The notes beneath the pieces were generated by a model. The model was not told where the DNA came from. It saw only the letters and a list, made by a program, of their open reading frames with translations, and made no database searches. Position numbers and translations under genes: made by a program. From Azolla caroliniana (taxonomy: Eukaryota > Plantae > Polypodiophyta): 64,000 nt of DNA. The stretch covers positions 5,022,001 to 5,086,000 of the forward strand of contig JBHGNT010000001.1 in NCBI GenBank assembly GCA_043228905.1, read 5' to 3'. Positions 12,391-22,836 of this stretch are shown one piece after another (position 1 is the first letter of the stretch; the number at the start of each line of letters is the position of its first letter).

Positions 12391-12682
12391 TGTCATGATA
12401 CAGCAAGACTAGAACCTATGACCTTATGCTACATGAGTCGAGCTCTTACCATTAGACTATGTATTTTAATACGAATGATATTATTTTCATTTAAACTCTA
12501 TTACAGGAAATTGATGTATATTCTAGAGTTCTTTGGAACATTCTAGAAACTTCAGGAGTACTCCTGAGAACTCTATAAAAGGAGGCACAAGGCATTATTT
12601 CGAACCAAATCGATTCAACGCCAATCTTAAGCCTCCTAGTTACTATTGTATACTCTCTTCACATAATATATATCTTTTATCA

Positions 12683-12728
<46 letters not shown>

Positions 12729-12815
12729 CTTCTCTCGAGAGTTGTACACCTCTCTTAGTACTAATCCTCATCTTTTAGGACTAATTCCTTCTCTGTCTTA
12801 GTACTAATCCTGATA
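12391..12815 (+). repeat. 5' LTR of element A
   Basis: Direct repeat of 39897-40242 plus about 43474-43552; TATAAAA at 12574; ends TG...TA. Confidence 0.92.
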
Positions 12816-12910
12816 GTTTGAACCGATTTCCTGTGGTCTTCCTTTTCTCCTCTTCCTTTTATCTTCTTACATATTCCCTTCATACTAATCCTCTTATCCT
12901 CCCTAGTAAA

Positions 12911-13216
12911 ATGGAAATTGTTAGCACTTAGGAATACCAATATATTTTCTTGGAGCTCCAGTGCTTAAAAGAGAAATTTGTAGCACTAGAACAAGAAAAT
13001 CACCGTTTGTTGGGGGATCTTCAACAAATAGCGTTGGAAAAACAACAACAACACGGGGAGCTGACGTTACATGTACAACAACTCGAAGCGACTATTGTAT
13101 CATTACAACAACAAGGATCAAGCACTCGAGGGATTCACAAAGAACTCAAGATCGGTCTTCCTGCAAAATTTGATGGGACCCGATCACAGTTTAGAGGTTT
13201 TTTGAATCAAGTACGT
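12911..13216 (+). pseudogene. gag: Element A gag, N-terminal part
   Basis: Coiled-coil stretch then LPAKFDGTRSQFRGFLNQVR (sushi/Tf-type gag), interrupted at 13217. Resumes as [32 protein letters not shown] at about 29975. Confidence 0.85.
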
Positions 13217-13796
13217 TGTTGTGAAGATTTTCGGCTATAGTGAGAAACCGGGGTGGAATAGGGCAAGTCGGTGGTGTGTAACATGTGCACATGTATAGTA
13301 GGAAACGACGTATAGAATAAACAGGGAGTATTTGTCCCACATTGTAACGCCCTCCCCTCCTTGGTCTATAAAAGGAGGGAGGGGTCCCTTGTTGAGGGGT
13401 TGCCCATTTTGAGTTAGGAGGGTATACCACTTAGGTCTAGGGTTTGGTAGTGTTCTTCCTCTTCTCTTATTCTTATATCATTCTAGGGTTTCATCTTGGT
13501 AGTTTCTTTTCTTCGTCGTCGTGTGGGTTGAGAGTTCGTGTCTGTTTAGGGTTTGTTTCTGCTCGGTCTCCTGTGCAAGACCTCGCTCAGCGCAATGAGC
13601 CCGAGAGCTCCCCGATCGGCGGCTTGGCAACAGACTGCTGTTGTAACCTACCCTACCTTGGTCTGGTTCGAAGCCGAGGTTGTATCTTTTCTCTTGTAAT
13701 ATATATACTCATATCTGTTTGTGCATATTGGTGTATCTGGTGGTGACGGGAGCATAGCCCCTTGTTTCCTGCACATAAGAGTCGGTGTCGCTAGCA

Positions 13797-13832
<36 letters not shown>

Positions 13833-13944
13833 TTCGGTTGCGTCCGGGACGTGTCCGAAGTCGGTTTCTCGGCATCCCTTCCTCCCTCGTCCGATACCCC
13901 TGTGGTCCCGCCCCTTCTACATGCACACATGTAATAATGCGACA
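13217..13944 (+). repeat. 5' LTR of element B (728 bp)
   Basis: TGTTGTGA...GCGACA termini; CTATAAAAGGAGGG TATA core; ends and core are homologous to the solo LTR at 26817-27539. Confidence 0.85.
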
Positions 13945-13948
13945 TCTT

Positions 13949-13965
13949 TGGTGAACCCTATGTGA
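13949..13965 (+). promoter_or_regulatory. Primer-binding site of element B, tRNA-Trp type
   Basis: TGGTGAACCCTATGTGA, 4 nt after the LTR; 15/17 match to TGGTGAACCCGACGTGA (complement of the plant tRNA-Trp 3' end, recalled from memory). Confidence 0.75.
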
Positions 13966-14027
13966 AGGGCGGCAAGGGAGAATGGAGTTGGAAGAAGATG
14001 ACTTCGCACAACTTTTTGTCGAAGCGG

Positions 14028-15990
14028 TGTTGCGAAGTTTCGCGCACGTGTGTTACTTGGGCGGGACCACGGGGGTCTCGGACTAGGGAGTACTCAAGGG
14101 ATAGAGAAGACTCGAGGTTTACTTTACGACAATACTACTTCCCAAACCCTTCCGAGCAAGGTCTTGTTGCCCTTTGTTTTGTGAGGCCGGTGGTTCTCGT
14201 TGATCACGACTACCAATTTATGTCGCGAAGTTTCGCGCACGTGTGTTACTTGGGCAGGACCACGGGGGTCTTGGACTATGGAGTACTCAAGGGATAGAGA
14301 AAACCCGAGGTTTGCTTTACGACAATACTACTTCCCGACCCCTTCCCGAGCAAGGTCTCGTTGCCCTTTGTTTTGTGAGGCCAGTGGCTCTCGTTGATCA
14401 CAACTCGTCGACCTTCCGAGATCACCGTACGAGCCAAGTGACCAAACGGGTACAAGCAAGATGAGCACGCAACATGAACGCATAAGGGGACGATAACACA
14501 AACACGAATGCCCGTATGTCTTTATGAGGAGGACAGGTGCATGGGCATGCCCGAACGCTCCCTCGTCACAAGATGTCGAACGTACGAGGAAGACACAAAA
14601 CACATGCACAAAATGCTCGTACGCCTTTATGAGGAGGAGAGGTGCATGGGCAAGCCCGAACGGTCCCCTCGTCACAAGACGGCCGAACGTACGAGGAAGA
14701 CACAAACACACGCACAAATGCTCGTACGCCTTTATGAGGAGGAGAGGTGCATGGGCAAAGCCCGAACGGTCCCCTCGTCACAAGACGGCCGAACGTATGA
14801 GGAAGACACAAACACACGCACAAAATGCTCGTATGCCTTTATGAGGAGGAGAGGTGCATGGGCAAAGCCCGAACGATCCCCTCGTCACAAGACGGCCAAA
14901 CGTACAAGGAGTACACAAACACACGCACAAATGCTCGTATGCCTTTATGAGCAGGAGAGGTGCATGGGCAAAGCCCGAACGGTCCCCTCGTCACAAGACG
15001 GCCGGACGTACAAGGAAGACACAAACACACATACAAATGCTCGTACACCTTTATGAGGAGGAGAGGTGCATGGGCAAGCCCGAACGGTCCCCTCGTCACA
15101 AGACGGCCGAACGTACAAGAAAGACACGAATAAAGAAAGAAGGAGAGAAAGAAACACGAATGATATTGACCAAAGAGATAAATACGTGTTCGATTCTAAC
15201 GCAAGAGGACCCTTTATAAAATAGGGTTTTGTTTACAATGGCAACTTATAGTTAACCACAAGCTCAATCAAAACATAAATATTAAATACCCATAAAGACA
15301 AGGCAAAACCGAACACGACAAAGATACACATGAGCACCACCAAAATGCCAATCCCAACGAACCACGACCACCTGAACGGCGAGCACACGGGCTCGCAACG
15401 ACAAACGGGGCGGAGCAATGTCGAACCAACGAAGCTTGGGCTCACGAGCACTTCTAGTGCCGACACGAATAAGATGAGCACGTGGCGATGGGGGGATGAA
15501 GGGGTATGAGATGAAGAGAAGTGGTGAATAAGGAGATGAAGAGCTTCGAAGGAAAATTGGCGATAGTTTCCTCCTCTCAAAACGTCCTCCCGAATGAGCC
15601 CCCCTCGACCTCCTTTTATAGGAAAAAAAGAAGGGGGGGTCGCTAAATTAGTCTTCAATGAAAAAGGAATAAAATTCTTTAATAAGACTAGATTTGAACC
15701 GTGCACCTCCAACTAGTAATCAATGTGACTATCCACTAGCCCACTAACTCTCTCTTATACAATGTATAATTCTATCTCTATAAATTTATAGCTTGTCTCC
15801 CCTCTACCCTTTATCTCTCCTCTCTCTTAATTTTTGCACGAGCTTCTATACCTCCCTTTTACCCTTTCTTTTCCTTTTTATTTTGCATATGCACAATTAA
15901 TCGCTTTTGTGTGCACACACATTGCACATGCACATTTTTGCCCCCCCTTTCGCCGGTTTTTCCCACCGTCGAGCACGCCACATCACGACA
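14028..15990 (-). mobile_element. Solo LTR family D (about 1.96 kb) inserted in B gag
   Basis: TGTTGCGA...TCACGACA termini with 4-bp TSD GCGG; removing it restores the B gag frame. TATA core CTATAAAAGGAGG on the minus strand at about 15609-15621. Further copies at 43983 and 62986. Confidence 0.85.
14508..15125. repeat. Tandem array inside LTR D, about 6 copies of 105-107 bp
   Basis: Unit ATGCTCGTACGCCTTTATGAGGAGGAGAGGTGCATGGGCAAAGCCCGAACGGTCCCCTCGTCACAAGACGGCCGAACGTACGAGGAAGACACAAACACACGCACAA. Confidence 0.93.
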
Positions 15991-16683
15991 GCGGTGAGGG
16001 AGTTTGGACGAGCAACAACAAGAAGAGAGACGGCGCAACAAGCTATTGAGCGAGTGGTCGATAGAGTTAGCCGTTTCAACGGGGACAAAGTCCCATTCTA
16101 CTTGGCGACCTACAACGCAGAAATGAAGGAGCAAGACGTAGACGAGACGTTGAGGTTGGAGTTCTTTTGTCGGGTCGTCTCTGTCCGTATGCATTGTTAC
16201 TGGCCGGCAAAGGAGTCCAGAGTGGGAAACAGAGAGTTATTTAAGTAGTAGGAATGTGGTTGTAATTAAGCTATGAGTGTGGACAGACGGACCGGAAACG
16301 GTATGCCGTTCCGGATCCGGACCGATCCCGAACAGGTGCGGATGGCACCGTTTTGTAATACAGACCGGAAACCTATTTAAAGGCCCGGATACAATGTAAT
16401 AGTTAGCGGTTAATTAATAAAAGTTTAGCGTTGTTATCTCTCTGTGTTAATTGCCGTTCTGTCTTAATTGTTATATCTTACGCGTGTGATTATGGAAGAC
16501 GATCATAATAAGTAACTTAATCAAGTAGGATTAAGCGTTGAAGTCTAATCCGGTTGCCGTAACACCCTTTGGTGAAGTGTCTTCCGTAGACACCCTGTGT
16601 TAGGCCATTGTCTGGCCCGAAGAGTTAACACAGTTTTTGGCGACCACGATTCTTGTTTTTGCAGCGAACGACGACACGGATGG

Positions 16684-19600
16684 ATGTCTAGATCAACGCA
16701 CGACCTGGTTACAGATCGAACTCGAGGCCTTGCCGAAAGGCAAAGGAGACGCGAGGCTTTCCAGCAAGCGACGCAGGAAATTAGAGCGGATCGCTCGTTT
16801 TCCAACGTAATCCGGAGAGTAGCGGAGGACTCCCTCTGGTTACAGCAAACATTGCACCCAGACGACGGTAGCAGCCTAAGCAGCCTCCGGGAAACCGAAT
16901 CCCTTCTCCACGCGTTGGCAAACGGAGAAGGCGAAGCAGAAGCCTTTTCAGCATATGAATCAGACTCCGAAGGGGAATACAACGTGCACACGAACTACCG
17001 TAGCAACAATGAAACCCCGGGCGGACCGGAGGACGAAGGATCGGATACCTTACCGACACCGGAACCGGAAGTGCTAACGCTGGAACCCCCGGAACTAGCA
17101 GAGGAAGAGCGACCTCCGACACCGGAAGTCGAAGAGGAGAGGCCTCCGTCACCAAAGGAAGAGGAAAAACCACCGACGCCGGAAACAAATCGGGAAAGAC
17201 CACCGACACCGGAGAAGATTCCGGAACGAGCACCAACACTGCCAACCCGCGCATCAATACCGGACGACGACATGCCGTTCCAGTACTCCAAGTATAGAGA
17301 TGATCCGGACGCGGAAGCTCATGTGCACGCCTTTGAACAGACATGGGAAGCCAACCATGTGTCCCAGCGATTGACCCCGGAGGAAGAAGAACGCTCTAAG
17401 ATAGCGGAATTTGGCGTCACATTGGAGCGACCGGCAGCAAGATGGCGCCGGACGTAGGACCCGTCTACCATCAATACCTTTGCAGATTTAAAAGCTAAAT
17501 TCTTGCATTTTTTTCAAAAGGAGGTGGACCAGACCGTAATGGTAGGCTTATTTTATACCATCCGGCAAGAGGCAGGGGAGAGCATTCCCCAATTTGTCAT
17601 CCGGTTTCAACGGATGCATAGTCAGCTTGCCCTCGCAGCCCCGGAGGAGGAATTACGGACTATATTCCTAAACGCGCTCCGGGAACCCCTATGTACGGTT
17701 TGCACGGTAATTGACTTCCGCACAAGTACCATCGACCATGTCATTGACCGGGTGAGAGAGATGGAAAAGACAAGCTCCTGGCTCACACTGGGAGCACTTC
17801 AACGGGCGTTACCGTCCGATGAAGACCTCCGGTTTCGGCAAGCAATACAGTGCACAACCTGCTTGAATTCCGGACACTCAGTTCTAGAATGCACTATGAG
17901 GACGCAATGTGTAATCTATCAATCCAAGAGCCATACGACAGATAGGTGCGAGTATAATTTGTTGAACCGGCAAGCACTGCCCGTCCGACAAATTGAGCCA
18001 CGCAGCAGCTGGGATGAAGAAGACGAACGCTGGCGGCGAATGGACCGCGACCGACCGGCACAGGATGTCCAGTATGGCGATCGACGGGAAAATGATGTCT
18101 AGTACGGTGATCGGCGGGATAACTATGACCGGCATGATCGGTACCAGGATTACAATAGACAATACGAACATTACGACCGAGAGCACTCCCCCGGGTATCG
18201 TCAGCAACGGGAGGAATACGACAGATATAATGGGCAACCTCGTCAAGAGTACCGTAATAAGAAGAGCTATAACAAAAAACGACATTTTAAAAAAGGCGGC
18301 TACCCCCGGGATCCGGAACAAGGAGCTCCAAGCAGCCAACCGGTACAAAACCCCGCGCGTACCGCAGAACCTGCCCCGGGTACAATAGACAATGCTGAAT
18401 CTAGCAATACCCGGAAGGCCTACTGCTACTACTGCCGACAGGAAGGCCATTATAGTAACCAATGCCCGGTGAAGAGCTACGAAAAACGACCGGCGGTAAA
18501 TATGGTAGTCCCTGAGGTGGCAGATCTGCAGCAGGTGACCACAAGGTCGAAGGGCATGGCCAAAGAATGGGAGACACAGGAGACCATCCGGAAACAAGCA
18601 ACGGAATGGGTAAAGAAAGCAAATGAGCAGAATGTCACAGACTTACAGCGGCAAAAGGAGAACACCGCAGGACTGGCCGGCGGTAGTCACCCCGAGAACG
18701 AGACATGGCAGGCGTTGCAAGAATGCCAGATTACGTTACCACTAGGAAGACTCCTACAACTCGTGCCAAGATTCACGAAAGGACTGAAGACGGCGATGAC
18801 AGCAGGAGAACCATCACCGGCACCGGTACTCTTCTCGAATCCGGAGGAGGGACCAACGGTGGTGGACACCAGCAGTCCGGTAATCACTACCATTGTAAAA
18901 GGGAAAGAACTCCCTGGCACAATTATAGATGGAGGCTCTGGGGTGAATGTAATAAGCCTCCAGACGTGTGATGCCCTGGGAATCCACGAGTGGGAGCCGT
19001 GTCCGTTCTGGTTGCGGATGGACGATACAAGCTCAGTGCGGCCGACAGGATTAATACGGAAATTAGAAGTCACCGTCGGCGGTCATACATTTCACATCTC
19101 GACCGTAGTGCTACAATTACAGGCACAAGGCACATACCCGCTATTGCTGGGGCGGCCATGGTTGAAAACGGCACATATCAAACAGAATTTGCGGAAAAAT
19201 ATAATTACCTTCCGGCGAGGAAAAGCCAAGGTACGGGTACCAACACAGCCAAGGACGAGCACTGGCAAGGAATGTACACCCTTGTATGCGGAATGCGTCA
19301 ACATGCTAGAAGGGTTAGCGGACGAAGAAGAAGCTCAGTACCTGCAGGAAAACCCGAAGATCATACCCCTCTTCGAAATTGACATTGCCGAAGCAGTAGC
19401 ACCATACTTACCGCAACCGGAAGAGGCTGAAGCAGAACCGGATAAAGACGCAATCCGGGAGTTACGGCAAGCGCAGGAAGCGTTGGAACGGGAAATGGCC
19501 GTTTCACAGTGCGTAAAAGCATCGCAACTGGAAGAGGTGAACTTAGGGACTACGGACGAAGCAAAACCGGTGCACATCGCCAAGGAGATGAAGTCTGAAG

Positions 19601-22463
19601 ACAAAACGGCGATGATCACACTTCTCACGGAATTTCGCGATGTGTTCGCCTGGTCATACGAAGACATGCGAGGACTCGACCCTTAGTTATACCAGCATCA
19701 AGTGCACTTGAGCAAGGACGCAAAACCAGTGGCACAAAGACGGTACCGGATGAATCCCAATTATGCCGCCAAGGTCAAGGAGGAAATCGACAAATTGCTA
19801 AGAGTTGGCTTTATCTGTCCAGTAAAGAAAGCGACATGACTGAGCTCGATCGTAGTCGTACCGAAGAAGAACGGAAAAATTCGAGTTTGTGTGGACTACC
19901 GGAAACTCAATGTAGCTACGGTAACGGATGCGTTTCCACTTCCATTCACAGATGGAGTGTTGGATGCCATCGCCGGCCATGAGGTCTATAGCTTCCTAGA
20001 CGGATTCAGCGGGTATAATCAGATCCGGATGCACCCCGACGACCAAGAGAAAACGACTTTCATCACCGAATGGGGGGTGTTTGTCGCCGTGGTGATGATG
20101 TTCGGACTCAAAACGGCACCGGCAACATTTCAACGAATCATCATGGAAATCTTTGGTGAATATATTCCGGCTTTTATGCAGGTTTTCCTTGACGATTTCG
20201 CCGTCTATAGCCGGGAGGAGGATCATTTTCAGCACCTCTGCCTTTGTCTTGAAAAGTGTAGAGCGTACCGGCTAAGCTTGAATCCGGCAAAGTGTGTATT
20301 TGGCGTGTCCAGTGGAACTCTATTAGGACATATTGTGAGCCAGGAAGGTATCGCAGTCGACCCGGACAAAGTGAAAGCCATATTAGAAGCACCGGGGCCG
20401 GTAACGGCAAAGGCATTAAGCCGGTTCTTAGGCCAGATCCGGTGGCACAACCGGATGCTCCGATACTTGGCCGACCTGGCTACACCGTTGCATGCCGCCG
20501 TACATCGGACACCATTCTAGTGGACCGACACTGAGGATTGGGCGTATAGGGCCCTCAAGGTACTATTGTCGCAGGCACCGGTAGTGCAGCCTCCAGATTA
20601 GAGTAAAGAATTTCACGTGTTCGTGCACGCCTCCGACATCGCAATCGGAAGCGTACTGATGCAGCTTACGGAACCAAAGTGGTACCGGCTAGTGTACTAT
20701 GCCAGCCAGAAGCTATCCCAAGTAGAACGGAACTACTCTATTACGGAACGGAAAGCTCTAGGGATGATCTACAGTGTGACAAAGTTTTGGCATTATTTAT
20801 TGGGAAGGAAGTTTTCCTTCCATGTAGATCATTCGGCACTCCTTTACCTGGTGTCCAAAGCGTCACTAACCGGCAAATTGGCCCGGTGGACCTTACTGTT
20901 ACAGGAGTTTGAGTTTGAAATATTCCACCGACCCGGTATACAACATGCCGTGGCGGATTACTTAAGCCGATTAGAGTCCGGGGAGACGGGTGACGGAGTA
21001 GCGGATGAGTTTCCGGATGCAGAGCTGTTTCGAATCACTACGGAGACGACAACAGATGAGACGGTGGCACAGGAAGACAAATGGCTCACAAATATACACT
21101 AGTTTCTGAGCACAGGACTGCCTCCGGAAGAGATGAACCGGGACGAACGAAAACGCCTGGCGGTGCAAAGCCGACATTTCTGCTTACTGCAAGACACACT
21201 GTACCACAAGGGCGCGGACGGCATATGGAGACGGGCGGTGCACAACGATGAAAAGGAACTGATACTGAGGGAAGCCCACTGCGGAGTTGCCGGCAGTCAC
21301 TATGCCGGAGATGCGATGGCCAGAAAAATATGGCAAAGTGGCCTATGGTGGCCAACGACATTAAGAGATGCGGTACAGTACGCAAAAGAATGTGAACTAT
21401 GCCAGAGAATGGGCCAGCCAACGGAGCAGGCTCGTATGCCACACCAGCCGGTACTACCACTCGAGCCATTCCAGAAGTGGGGGCTGGACTTTGTAGGACC
21501 ATTCAAGCCACTGACAATGAGAACGGGTAATCGGTACGTTATCGTTGCTACGGATTACTGCACGAAATGGCCAAAGCTTTACGGGATAACACCGCAGCGT
21601 CAACGACGAAGTTTCTATATGAGTACATTTGGTGCCGTTACGGATGCCCAATTGAATTAATAAGTGACCAAGGGGGGCACTTTCTCGGCCAAGTAGTGGA
21701 AAGCCTGACGACATTCTATGCCGTTGTACACAAACGGAGCACACCTTACTATCCACAGGCGAACGGTTTAGCGGAATCAACGAACAAGACGCTCTAGAAT
21801 ATCCTCCGGAAGATCGTCAACGAAAACCGGACGGATTGGGACACAAAGCTACATAGCGCGCTTTGGGCATACCGGACGGCATACAAAACGAGCATCCGAA
21901 CAACACCGTTCCGGTTAGCGTTCGGACTAGAGGTGGTCATGCCGGTAGAATTCCAAGTACCCAGCTTACGAATCTAGCTACGGGAATGGCTGAACGAGAA
22001 GGAGTTGGAGGCAATATGGTTGACAGCGCTGTGTGAGCTCGAGGAACAACGACTGGCCAGCATCCTACATTTAGAATTGGAGCAACGGCGACGGAAAGCA
22101 TTTGTCGACCGGCACAGGAAAGGTAACGAAAAAATGTTCGCAATCGGCAAACCGGTGTTAGTATTCCAAACCCGGATGGGCAAGATGCCGGGTAAACTAC
22201 GGTTTAGATGGACCGGACCGTATTGGCTAACACGGGAGTATAATGGGTCCTACCAGTTAGGGACACTTGCCGGCGAAGTGCTAGGAAAATGGGTCAACGG
22301 ATTCCGGTTGAAGCCATATAAAGGACCGATGCCTAAGAACCCATTTGAGCAAAGGACCGACACCAGTGAGGGAAACGGCAACCACCAAGACGGCAGAGAA
22401 GGCGAGCTGGTAACTGGGGAGAATGAGGCCGGTAAGGGTCCGAGAGGACCAACGGACAAGTGA
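16684..22463 (+). pseudogene. Element C gag-pol polyprotein (premature stops, one frameshift)
   Basis: Same-frame ORF pieces: gag with three CCHC-like knuckles, protease IIDGGSGVN, RT (FLDGFSGYNQI, FLDDF), RNase H, and integrase (HCGVAGSH, WGLDFVGP, YYPQANGLAE, WTGPY). No chromodomain. Confidence 0.93.
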
Positions 22464-22836
22464 CGTCACACTAAATTAAATTATTATCAAAAAAAAAAAA
22501 AAAAACAATCATGCAAAAGCGAGGAATGAATGGATGAAAGAGCGAGGAGCGAAAAGGTACGTAGTGGGCATTTAAAGCGCCAACACAGGACATAATGCTA
22601 TTTTAGTACACGACATGCACACACTCGAAAAAGGCGCCAGAATGCACAGACAAAAACCACTACGCGTAGAGACCCTTTACTTTCGCGAACCCAGGAGCAC
22701 AGAAGCACCAAGACGCTGCAAGATCATCAGACGAGAACCTGCGCACAGAGAACCCCCGCCTTCTGAACTCTCTCTCTCTCAACCTCACTCTCATATCCAT
22801 CCAACCTCGCCACCGCAATCCGACCTCGACACAGAA

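Noticed and set aside
14508-15125. CRISPR-like appearance and repetitive ORFs
   Set aside because: Whole units repeat with no unique spacers, there are no cas genes, and the context is a eukaryotic LTR. The ORFs are by-products of the repeat.
16195-16630. Hammerhead ribozyme or retrozyme in structured LTRs
   Set aside because: Small hairpins exist, but I found no CUGANGA...GAAA core with flanking stems by eye.
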